Assembly: GCA_965661285.1 (NCBI GenBank)
Contig: CBFIDD010000003.1
Location: forward strand, 224,001-288,000
Source: Poseidonia sp.
GTDB lineage: Archaea > Thermoplasmatota > Poseidoniia > Poseidoniales > Poseidoniaceae
DNA: 64,000 bases
Direction: 5' to 3'
Below the pieces are notes generated by a model. The model was given only the letters and a program-made list of their open reading frames with translations, had not been told where the DNA came from and did not search any database. This document shows positions 1-8,563 of this stretch, piece after piece; position 1 is the first letter of the stretch; the number at the start of each line of letters is the position of its first letter. The position numbers and the translations under genes are program-made.

Positions 1-1148
1 CGCTGGGCGCCGAGGGTTTGGTTGTCGCCCCAGCCGTCCCGGTCGGTGTCAAGCCACTGGGTTGGTTCAAGCGGGAACGCATCGGAGCCGTTGTCAACGG
101 TCCAATTTTCGTCGCCGTCCGAGAACGTGTCCGAATCGGTGTCGACGCAGCCGTAGCGGTCTGCGGTGGAGAAGCCTCTGATGAAGGGACAAGCATCGGG
201 TTGGATCGCATTGTCAACAAATTGCCCGATGCCCCAAAGCGACCGGGTGGTGTTGAGGGCGGGGTCATCCCAATTATCCCCAAAACCGTCCTCGTCGGTG
301 TCGTTCCACTGCGAGGCATCAAAAGCAAAGGCGTCCGCTTTTCCGGTTGGGTGAGCAAACCATGGCTCGTAACCGTTGAGACCCCCCGGGTCGGGGTCTG
401 AATAGGAATCGCCATCAGAATCCACGCAACCAAAGCGGTCGGATGATGAATAGCCTCGACTGAATTGGCAGTGATCGCCTTGGTACCCCTCGAGGTTATC
501 ACCGTAGCCGTCGTTGTCGGAATCAAGCCATTGTGAGGATTCGCTTGCAAAGGCATCAGCGCCGTTTTGGACACCCCAGCCACTGTCTGGGTCCGACCAA
601 CCGTCTCCGTCGGTATCCGTGCAACCACTGCGGTCATTGGTCGAGGTCCCAACAAGGTCGCTGCAATCGTCGTCCGTATCGATAAACCCGTCCTCGTCGG
701 AGTCTCGATTTGTTTTGTCGATGGAAGGCGTTAGGGTGTAGTCGAATCCGTCGTGGCACCATGAATCCTTGCCCTCGACCTTGATCAGTATCTCCCCTGC
801 TGTGGAAAGGGTCGCCGATAAGGTGGCAGAAGGTGAGCCGTCGTCGACGTTTTGCGAAACACTCCCCATGGTAAAGGTCCCTTCCCAACCGTCGCCGGGA
901 CACCACCATGCTGCGTTACTCATGCTGCCCGAGAAGGTCACTTGGACGATGTCGCCCATTTTCCCTTGGATTTTCCAGTAATCTCGCTTATCGGTTGGCG
1001 AACACCCGTCTGGGTCGCAAACATAGCCGCTGGAGGACACCCCGTCGGTCAGCCCGTTGGCACTTGCAGGGGAATCGTCAGCGCTTACGACGGGGAGATG
1101 AAGCAGCACGAGGCCGAGGAAGAGCGCAACAACCACGCGACCGGCCAT
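1..1148 (-). CDS. Secreted thrombospondin type-3-like (DxDxDG Ca-binding) repeat protein, 3' end outside window
   Basis: Own translation, not in ORF track because it is open at the edge: ATG 1148, MAGRVVVALFLGLVLLHLPVVSA signal peptide, then repeated DSDEDGFID, DTDGDGWSD, DAF...QW.DSDNDGYGDN, DRFGCVDSDGD units. Confidence 0.8.
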   Translation of the reverse strand, partial: MAGRVVVALFLGLVLLHLPVVSADDSPASANGLTDGVSSSGYVCDPDGCSPTDKRDYWKIQGKMGDIVQVTFSGSMSNAAWWCPGDGWEGTFTMGSVSQNVDDGSPSATLSATLSTAGEILIKVEGKDSWCHDGFDYTLTPSIDKTNRDSDEDGFIDTDDDCSDLVGTSTNDRSGCTDTDGDGWSDPDSGWGVQNGADAFASESSQWLDSDNDGYGDNLEGYQGDHCQFSRGYSSSDRFGCVDSDGDSYSDPDPGGLNGYEPWFAHPTGKADAFAFDASQWNDTDEDGFGDNWDDPALNTTRSLWGIGQFVDNAIQPDACPFIRGFSTADRYGCVDTDSDTFSDGDENWTVDNGSDAFPLEPTQWLDTDRDGWGDNQTLGAQ

Positions 1149-1202
1149 AGCCACCGATGGGCATGTGGATTATCAAGAGAACGCCAGCATCTTCAGTGGA
1201 AT

Positions 1203-2606
1203 TCAGGACAGACGCTGCTTTCCGAGGCATTCACGGAGGCAATGCTCGAGTTCACGATGTTGGAAGACATAGCCACTTTCCAACAGCCGATTCGGGAGCA
1301 CCCGTTGGCCATCCAAAAGGAGGGTTTGCGCCAATTCACCAAACATGATTTTGAGGACGAAACCCGGGGCAGGGGCAAACCAAGGGCGCAGCAACACCTT
1401 TCCGAGCACCTTCGCAAACTGCTTTTGGGGAACAGGCGTCGGTGCGGTGAGGTTGTAAGGTCCTTCGCACGAGGGGTTCATCATGAGATGGTAAGTGGCG
1501 TAAATGTGGTCGTGGAGCGAAATCCACGACAGGTACTGCCGTCCGCCGCCAAGCGGCCCACCAGCGCCCAAAAGGGTTGGAAGAATCATTGGTTTCAGTG
1601 CCCCGCCCATGGGGGTGGTGACGATGCCGCTGCGCAGCCAAACGGTTCGAATTCCGAGGTCCTTCGCCGGGGCTCCTGAGGCTTCCCATGCTTGCGCCAT
1701 CTCACACAGGAAACCATCGCCTTCGGGGGAGGATTCGGTCAGTTCTTCCTCGCCGCGGTTGCCGTAAATCCCCACGGCTGAACCTGAAAGGAACGTCTTC
1801 GGGGGTTGCTCCAGCGTGGCAAAAAGGCGGACCAAATGCTCGGTTGGAACGGTTCGACTCGACTTGAGGAGCGCTTTTCGTTTGGCGTTCCAGCGTTTGT
1901 CGCCGATACCTGCGCCGGCAAGGTGAATCACGGTATCAAATCCTTCCAGACTGCCTTCGATGATCTCACCCGTTTGGTCGTTCCAAACAACGGTGGCTTC
2001 GTGAGCCACATCGGATGGAAGCACGCTTGAGGGGCGGAGCAAGCGAACCACCTCGTGGCCAGCGGCTTGGAGGAAGGCACAGAGTTGCATCCCGATGAGA
2101 CCTGTTGAACCGCTCACCAGCACCCGTTGTTGAGGCTGGTCGGCGTATTGCGCAATGCGCTTGAGGTCTTCTTGAACGCGAAGGGTTCGGTAGGCGAACA
2201 TCTGGTCCGTGCGACCCTTCACGGTGAACGGTGCAGTCCAAAACGTCAACGGATGAAAGGGAAGTTTCCACTGAATGGTGTCGTGAATCTCGCTCGTGTC
2301 CGGACCGGTTGAGACGAAACGATGTTCGTGGTCCCACATACCGAAGGGACCTTTTTCCATCACGTCGTTGAACACTTCACCGGGCACCACATCGTAGTGG
2401 CGAGCCACCCACATCGGGCGCAGCGGCCCCAATTGGACGCGAAATTTTGTCCTCGCATCGTTCACCAAGGCGCCGGCTTGAACGGGGCGGATGCCCTCCC
2501 ATTCCGGCATGATGCGTCGGAAGGCTCCGGGACTGTCGTACCATGCCCAAACATCCTCAACAGGTGCGTCGTAGGTTGCGGCGTGGTTGTAGACGGGCAT
2601 GCTCAA
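1203..2606 (-). CDS. TIGR01777-family NAD-dependent epimerase/oxidoreductase (YfcH-like) with N-terminal SRPBCC domain
   Basis: N-term APVEDVWAW...KGPFGMWDHEHRF (SRPBCC); then GSTGLIG, IHLAGAGIGDKRW, SAVGIYG, GGGRQYLSWI, FAKVLGKVLLRP. Confidence 0.88.
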   Translation of the reverse strand: MSMPVYNHAATYDAPVEDVWAWYDSPGAFRRIMPEWEGIRPVQAGALVNDARTKFRVQLGPLRPMWVARHYDVVPGEVFNDVMEKGPFGMWDHEHRFVSTGPDTSEIHDTIQWKLPFHPLTFWTAPFTVKGRTDQMFAYRTLRVQEDLKRIAQYADQPQQRVLVSGSTGLIGMQLCAFLQAAGHEVVRLLRPSSVLPSDVAHEATVVWNDQTGEIIEGSLEGFDTVIHLAGAGIGDKRWNAKRKALLKSSRTVPTEHLVRLFATLEQPPKTFLSGSAVGIYGNRGEEELTESSPEGDGFLCEMAQAWEASGAPAKDLGIRTVWLRSGIVTTPMGGALKPMILPTLLGAGGPLGGGRQYLSWISLHDHIYATYHLMMNPSCEGPYNLTAPTPVPQKQFAKVLGKVLLRPWFAPAPGFVLKIMFGELAQTLLLDGQRVLPNRLLESGYVFQHRELEHCLRECLGKQRLS

Positions 2607-2609
2607 TCC

Positions 2610-4154
2610 TCATTGGTGTGCAGAGTAGTAGGAAGGGCCAGACCCAAGGGCCGTGGAAGGCTCGGTAAGGGCGTTGTATTTCTCAACATAGGCCTTGGTT
2701 TTGTATTTTCGAGCCGTTGAGGCACTGGTCATGCATCGAACCTTTCCGTAGACGGCTCGCTCGGTCCATCCACGGTCAAATTTACCCATGACCCAGCCGA
2801 CACCGGTGTACGAGTTCGGGTCTCGACCGTCCAGTGCCCATTTATCGTTCAACATGATCATCCATTCCATGGCTGTTTCAGGGTCAGGCGACCATTCGAG
2901 GATTTTCTTGCCCCACAGCATGCGGAGGTAGTTATGGATGATTCCCTCATGACGCAATTGGTTTTGGGCAGCGTTCCACAGCGGATCGTGCGTTGAAGCC
3001 GTTTCCAGCTCCTCGAGGGTGTAAAGGTAAGGGCGCTCGTCTTCGGCGTGCTCAGCAAGGGTGGTCTTCGCCCACTCGGGGAGCGATTCGTACTCGGTAT
3101 GGTTTTCAATCATGGCGCAATGAATGAAGCCAATGTCCCGCCACGTGATGATCTGGTCGAGGAAGGCTTCAACCGGTTCGGGAAGCCCCCACCATCCTTG
3201 GCGACGGCCATCGTTTGGTGGGTTGACCATGCTGACATCCCAGCGGTGGTGAGCGAAAATATCGCCCAGAATGGCGTGGACGCTGATGTGGCCAAAATGC
3301 AGCCAGGGGGAAAGACCGCTTGCACCACGTTCTTGCGGTTGGTTCCGTTTTTCATGATAGACCTGCAAACGCTTGGCGAAGAAATCTTTCCAGCGACGAC
3401 GGCCTTCGACATAACCACCTCGCTTGCCGATGACCGGATGGACATCGTGGTCGATGCTGAGCGTTGATAGGGCCTCACGGCCAACGTCGCCCCCTTCTGA
3501 GACGCGCCACAAGAATTCGTAAGGCGTCATGGGCGTTTTCGTCTGGGCGAAGATGGCTTTGGCGACAGCCATGTCAAAATCAGGGAGGGAAGAAGCCAGT
3601 TCAAGCGGGCGACGGTGCGGGAATTCGTGCATGTGCTCACGAATGGTTTTGTGCAAATGTCTGCGGAGAGAGTATGCTGTGGAAAAATCACGACCTTGTG
3701 CTCGCATGGCCATGAAACCGTTGGAATCGACGACATGGATTTCACACGGAATCACCGTCAAGGCGGTGTCAAGCACATGTTTTGGGTAGTAGGTTGGGTA
3801 GTCGTCGATGACGCACAATCGTGCATGCTCAAGCCATCCCTTGAGCAGGCCAGAGGCTTCTTTTCGTTTGGTCTCGACGTAGGGGATGTAGGTGACATTC
3901 GACCCGGCGAAGGCGCTGCGGTTGTCCACCATACCCTGCAAAACGAACGTCGAAATCCGGTCGTTGGCCCACCGATGTTGGAGCGCAAGACACTCAATAA
4001 CCACCAGCGGGAGGTTGTGTTCGGTCGCCAAATGGACGGCATGTTCGAGCGCGTGATTCCACTGAGCTCGACGGGCAGCGGTCATCCAGTAGACGACCAC
4101 ATCACCATGGTCGTTGGGGACGCCGTGAATCTGAACTCGGCTGCTCGGGATCAT
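2610..4154 (-). CDS. phr: Deoxyribodipyrimidine photolyase, class II CPD type
   Basis: VVYWM..ARRAQWNHAL, SGLSPWLHFGHIS, THDPLWNAAQ, HNYLRMLWGKKILEW, LDGRDPNSYTGVGW (class II signature). Confidence 0.92.
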   Translation of the reverse strand: MIPSSRVQIHGVPNDHGDVVVYWMTAARRAQWNHALEHAVHLATEHNLPLVVIECLALQHRWANDRISTFVLQGMVDNRSAFAGSNVTYIPYVETKRKEASGLLKGWLEHARLCVIDDYPTYYPKHVLDTALTVIPCEIHVVDSNGFMAMRAQGRDFSTAYSLRRHLHKTIREHMHEFPHRRPLELASSLPDFDMAVAKAIFAQTKTPMTPYEFLWRVSEGGDVGREALSTLSIDHDVHPVIGKRGGYVEGRRRWKDFFAKRLQVYHEKRNQPQERGASGLSPWLHFGHISVHAILGDIFAHHRWDVSMVNPPNDGRRQGWWGLPEPVEAFLDQIITWRDIGFIHCAMIENHTEYESLPEWAKTTLAEHAEDERPYLYTLEELETASTHDPLWNAAQNQLRHEGIIHNYLRMLWGKKILEWSPDPETAMEWMIMLNDKWALDGRDPNSYTGVGWVMGKFDRGWTERAVYGKVRCMTSASTARKYKTKAYVEKYNALTEPSTALGSGPSYYSAHQ

Positions 4155-4657
4155 TGTTCGCCACCTCGCGAGGGCAGTGGAGAAGCCATGCTGGAGCGGT
4201 AAACAGCGTAGGGGTTGTTGCGGGCGGTGAGGCCGGCGTGGTTTCGGATGACGATGCGGTGCGTCAAGCCGTCAACCGCCAGTTGTTGCATGGTTTCCGA
4301 GACCCACGACACGGACCCGAGCTCGGTTAGGGAAAACCAATTGATAGACGATATTTCGGTCGTATCAGCGTGCTGCTGCTGGCCTTCGACGTGGACATCA
4401 TAGCAGAGAAACACGGCAGGATGTTCTTTTCGAAGTGCTGTCCGTACGCCAACCAAGCCGATGATGGATCCGGTGTAGCCTGCTTCTTCGTGAAGTTCGC
4501 GAAGCGCCGCATGTTCCGGACTCTCGCCAGCATCGACATGCCCTTTGGGCAACCCCCATTTTCCCCGGTGGGGGCCGCCGGCCTCCTGAACGAGCAAGAT
4601 TTTGTTGTTTCGAACGACTCTGGCTGCCACTCCTAGGTCACAAAGAAGGGACGCCAT
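4151..4657 (-). CDS. Nudix hydrolase
   Basis: Nudix box GHVDAGESPEHAALRELHEEAG; ATGA overlap with the photolyase start. Confidence 0.88.
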   Translation of the reverse strand: MASLLCDLGVAARVVRNNKILLVQEAGGPHRGKWGLPKGHVDAGESPEHAALRELHEEAGYTGSIIGLVGVRTALRKEHPAVFLCYDVHVEGQQQHADTTEISSINWFSLTELGSVSWVSETMQQLAVDGLTHRIVIRNHAGLTARNNPYAVYRSSMASPLPSRGGEQ

Positions 4658-4716
4658 GTGTTGATTTCACGCAACCGAGTATATCAAGAACGGTTTCGTC
4701 CCTTGTAAGGAAAAGA

Positions 4717-4738
4717 CGAGTGTTTATATACAAACTCG
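4717..4738. promoter_or_regulatory. ribA TATA box (TTTATATA, 4723-4730) embedded in an imperfect 22-bp palindrome
   Basis: CGAGTGTTTATATACAAACTCG, 18/22 self-complementary; the TATA lies 23-30 bp before ATG 4753. Confidence 0.55.
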
Positions 4739-4752
4739 GCGGATTTTGTAAC

Positions 4753-5364
4753 ATGGAAAGAGCATTGCTTCCCTCAAACAACAACACACCAGAAGCGGAC
4801 GCTGTTCTCCCCACAGCGTTCGGTGAATTTCGAATACGCGCCTTTAGAGACCCCTCCGGAGGCGAAGAGCACTGTGTCCTCTACCTCGGAGACCTGAGCG
4901 AAGGTTCGCCACTCGTTCGCATTCACTCCGAATGCCTCACCGGCGACGCCTTCCATTCCCTCCGGTGCGATTGCGGGCCACAGCTTCAGGCATCGATGAA
5001 AGCCATCCAAGAACGTGGTCAAGGTGCTATCGCTTACATGCGCCAGGAAGGGCGAGGGATCGGGCTCTATTCCAAGATGCAGGCCTATGCGCTGCAGGAC
5101 ACCGGCTTGGACACGCTTGATGCCAACCTCGCTCTTGGATTGCCAGCCGACGCACGCACGTACGATTTCGCTGCCGAAATGCTCTACTCAATGGGCATCT
5201 CATCGGTTGAACTGGCCACCAATAACCCCGACAAGCGAGACCAACTGATGCACCACGGTATCGAGGTAACCAACCGAGTTCCCATCATCGTGGGCCAGTG
5301 CGCCCAAAACCGCCGATACATGAAGACGAAGAGCGCTCGAATGGGCCACATCCTACCCAACTGA
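4753..5364 (+). CDS. ribA: GTP cyclohydrolase II
   Basis: LVRIHSECLTGDAFHSLRCDCGPQL, RQEGRGIGL, TNNPDK, MGHIL; ATG 4753 chosen from TATA spacing. Confidence 0.95.
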   Translation: MERALLPSNNNTPEADAVLPTAFGEFRIRAFRDPSGGEEHCVLYLGDLSEGSPLVRIHSECLTGDAFHSLRCDCGPQLQASMKAIQERGQGAIAYMRQEGRGIGLYSKMQAYALQDTGLDTLDANLALGLPADARTYDFAAEMLYSMGISSVELATNNPDKRDQLMHHGIEVTNRVPIIVGQCAQNRRYMKTKSARMGHILPN

Positions 5365-5373
5365 GGCCAGAGC

Positions 5374-5841
5374 ATGAAGGTCAACATCGTAGGACAACAA
5401 GCACCAACATTCGCCCTTGAAAACGAACACGGCGAGGTCTTTGACAGCGCCTCGCTGGACGGAACATGGCGAATTGTGTTCTTTTACTCACGCAACAACT
5501 CCCCCACCTGCAAGCGCGGTTGCTTGACGTTCAAGGAACAACACGACCTCTTTGCATCGGTAGGCTGCTCGATCGTCGGCATTGGGCCAGGAACGCGGGA
5601 GGAACTTGCTGGATTCAAAGCGTCGTTGGGCGACCTCCCGTTCCCCTTGTTGGCCGACCCCGAGCGCGTGGTCGGTCAGCAGTTCAACGTTCCACTGCAC
5701 CTCGGCCAATTCCCTGCGAAATCTTCGTTTCTCATCGGCCCTGACAACACCATCCGCTATGTCTACGATTGGTTGTTCCGCCCACGACGCCACGTCGCCC
5801 GAATTTTGGCCGACATCTCAGACGTCCGGGGGGACGATTGA
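5374..5841 (+). CDS. Peroxiredoxin (BCP/PrxQ-like)
   Basis: APTFAL, VFFY..NNSPTCKRGC, FPLLADP thioredoxin-fold motifs. Confidence 0.8.
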   Translation: MKVNIVGQQAPTFALENEHGEVFDSASLDGTWRIVFFYSRNNSPTCKRGCLTFKEQHDLFASVGCSIVGIGPGTREELAGFKASLGDLPFPLLADPERVVGQQFNVPLHLGQFPAKSSFLIGPDNTIRYVYDWLFRPRRHVARILADISDVRGDD

Positions 5842-7242
5842 ATGTGGGACGAGTTGCTCCTTGAGGCCGGACTCAATGAGCGTGAAGTCCGCTCGATCAT
5901 GATTCTCGGTTCCAGACCGAAGATGAAAGCCTCCGAGTTGGCCAAAGAACTGAACACCACTCGGCTGGATGCCTACAACAGCCTTTCTCGGCTGCAAGAG
6001 ATGGGGATTGTCACCGCCACGGCCGACCGACCCATGCTCTTTTCCAGCCTGCGCATCAACGAGGCGATGGAACACATCATCCAGTCTAGGAAACAACAAC
6101 TCGACCGGCTCGTTGACGGATTTGAGGAACTCTCCAAAGGTATCACGGAAACCGATGCCTCCTACGAGAAGCAACGCCGTGACATTGACGACCCACGGTT
6201 CGCGGTGCTGAAAGAACGCACCCACATCTACAACCGACTCCAAAAGATGGCCAACGAGGCTGAAGAGCGCTTGATCCTCTTGCTCGGTCAGTTCGGCATC
6301 CTTCACTTGTGCCGAAGCCCGGACGCCCTTGAAGCGGTCAACACCGCAGCCGTCCGAGGCGTGGTGGTCCAAATCATTACGCACCTTGACGGGCGCACCC
6401 TACGCTTCTTTGACAAACTTGACAGCAGCATCGACGTTCGTCACTCGGACGAACTTGACTCGCTGGGCTTCGTCCAAGACCAGTCGGAAGTCATTCAGTA
6501 TCTCAACATCGAAGATAACCCCGTCGGCAGAGGCAAGGAAGACGCTGCACTCATCATTGAATCCGGCCCGTTTTCGCAGGCACATCTTCACTTGATCGAC
6601 GCGATTTGGGAGGGCGCCGTCCCGCTCGCCACCGCACGTGCTCGATTTACGGAGAACCAAATCAACGACCCGCTACGGTTGACCATCGGCGAAGGTTCCT
6701 TCCTCAAGAACGTCTCCGTCGCCCTCGGATTTGACGGGCAACTGCCCGAGGAAGACACGCCGTTTGACCCTGAAGCGTTCTTTGCGGCAGGTAACGAGGT
6801 CAACGAAGCCCGCATGCGGCTCACCGAAGGGAAACTTTCGAACTTGAAAGTCCTAGGAATTGACATCAGTCGCATGCTGCGCCAAATCGGAAACCGCGTG
6901 GGGCAGGAAATTGCCTTCTCTCTACGTTCTATAGAAAATGACATCGAGTTTCTTGACGAGATGATGGACTGGTGGGAGCACGCTGGCTTGGGCATGCTCC
7001 AATACGATGTTGACCCGCAATTCCATGTTGTCGTGGGCCTGAACCACCCGCCGGTTGAGGACCCCGATGCCCTGCCCATGTGGGAGATGGATGATGGCAT
7101 TATTGAGGGGGCGCTTTCCACCCGATTTGCCAAGGAAGTCAACGTGGTCATTCAGAGAGTTGACGGAACAGGTGAGAAGGACGACCTTTGGCGCTACCTC
7201 ATCCACCGACATGAACTGAACACCATCGAACTTGAAGACTGA
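5842..7242 (+). CDS. TrmB-family transcriptional regulator with extended C-terminal domain
   Basis: GLNEREVR...KASELAKELNTTRLDAYNSLSRLQEMGIV...RPMLF TrmB HTH, a central effector domain, and ~190 extra C-terminal residues. Confidence 0.8.
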   Translation: MWDELLLEAGLNEREVRSIMILGSRPKMKASELAKELNTTRLDAYNSLSRLQEMGIVTATADRPMLFSSLRINEAMEHIIQSRKQQLDRLVDGFEELSKGITETDASYEKQRRDIDDPRFAVLKERTHIYNRLQKMANEAEERLILLLGQFGILHLCRSPDALEAVNTAAVRGVVVQIITHLDGRTLRFFDKLDSSIDVRHSDELDSLGFVQDQSEVIQYLNIEDNPVGRGKEDAALIIESGPFSQAHLHLIDAIWEGAVPLATARARFTENQINDPLRLTIGEGSFLKNVSVALGFDGQLPEEDTPFDPEAFFAAGNEVNEARMRLTEGKLSNLKVLGIDISRMLRQIGNRVGQEIAFSLRSIENDIEFLDEMMDWWEHAGLGMLQYDVDPQFHVVVGLNHPPVEDPDALPMWEMDDGIIEGALSTRFAKEVNVVIQRVDGTGEKDDLWRYLIHRHELNTIELED

Positions 7243-7254
7243 GGGGGTGTCAGC

Positions 7255-8493
7255 ATCAAACTCGCGACGTTTCTCAAGTTCTTCCGACAACTCAAGGGAA
7301 AGAAACCGGTCGACATTGACGCCATCCAGTCGATGGGGTTGCTGGCGGTAAAACTAGGACAGATTTTTGCGCTACGCCCCGATTTGATCGAGCCTCAACG
7401 CTGCATTGAGCTGCAAAGCCTGTACAGTCGAGCGGCCACCATCCCAGAGGAAGATTCCCAGGAACTTCTCAACCGATTTGCACCTGCCGGTTTTGCCGAT
7501 AACTTCCAGCATATTGAACCGAAGCCCTTCGCCGCTGCGAGCATCGGACAGATTCACCGAGCGGTGCTGAACGACGGCACCAAGGTCGTCGTGAAGATCA
7601 TCAAGGCTGATTTTGAGGCCTCGTTTCGCCGAGATGTTCAACGCATGAAGCGCTGGATTCGGATGGGGCTCTTTTTCAACCCAAGACTTCGCAAAGTCGG
7701 CAACCCCATCGGGCTGCTGGCCCACATTGAAGACTACACGCTCAGAGAACTCAACCTTCTCAACGAGATTGAGGGGCGCAATCAGCTCATCGCCAAAGCC
7801 AAAGCAATTGAGGAACATTTTCCCATGCCCAAACTCACGTTCCCAAAAATGTGGGAGGACCTCTCCAACGAACGCGTGCTGGTCATGGATGAAATCACCC
7901 ATCCTACGCTTGAAGAGCACCTCGAAAACAGCTCGCTGTCATGGCCCGACATGCTGGAGTTGTTTCGTATCCACGGCGCCTTCATGTTTGGCCTGGGAAC
8001 ATTCCACGGCGACCTCCATCCGGGCAATGCCATGATGGACGACCAAGGACGATTCCATTTCATCGACACAGGCGCCATCTGTAATGCACCGGAACATGTC
8101 CGCAATGCTTTGTTCGGTTTCTTCTATTTCCTCGCCAAAGGTGAACTGAAAAACGCCTTCGACGCCATGCTCACCATGGCCGCCGTACGGCCCGAAGGAA
8201 CAACCCTCCAAACGTATTACGATTCAATGAACGAGCTCTATGACGGCTTTGTCGGGACCTCGGTCAGCGAAGTATCGCTCACGGAGCAGATGATGAAGAC
8301 CGTCAAGGCGGCAGTCCTTGCTGGCTGTGCGTTCGGCGAAGAGGCCTTTCCCATCATTCGCTCCCTCATGTACATGGACGGCATGGTGCTCAAGGGTCAC
8401 CCCGATGTGGATCTCATCAGTTCCATGGGACCCTACCTCGATGAATTTTCGGTGCTGATCGACCCGCACAGCATCATTCAATCCTCGGATTAA
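7255..8493 (+). CDS. ABC1/AarF/UbiB atypical protein kinase (first ATG at 7333; coding-like sequence extends to ATC 7255)
   Basis: VKLGQ..ALRPDL, AAASIGQIHRA, VVVK, RELNL..E, HGDLHPGN, IDTG. Confidence 0.88.
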   Translation: MKLATFLKFFRQLKGKKPVDIDAIQSMGLLAVKLGQIFALRPDLIEPQRCIELQSLYSRAATIPEEDSQELLNRFAPAGFADNFQHIEPKPFAAASIGQIHRAVLNDGTKVVVKIIKADFEASFRRDVQRMKRWIRMGLFFNPRLRKVGNPIGLLAHIEDYTLRELNLLNEIEGRNQLIAKAKAIEEHFPMPKLTFPKMWEDLSNERVLVMDEITHPTLEEHLENSSLSWPDMLELFRIHGAFMFGLGTFHGDLHPGNAMMDDQGRFHFIDTGAICNAPEHVRNALFGFFYFLAKGELKNAFDAMLTMAAVRPEGTTLQTYYDSMNELYDGFVGTSVSEVSLTEQMMKTVKAAVLAGCAFGEEAFPIIRSLMYMDGMVLKGHPDVDLISSMGPYLDEFSVLIDPHSIIQSSD

Positions 8494-8563
8494 TCTGTTA
8501 TTTTTCTTGAAATTTTTATGAACAAAAACCCCCCTTTATATGCTGGACTGGCAAGGGAACCTC

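Noticed and set aside
1-720. Periodic sequence resembling a repeat array
   Set aside because: Explained by protein-level DxDxDG repeats; no identical nucleotide repeats or spacers, so not CRISPR.
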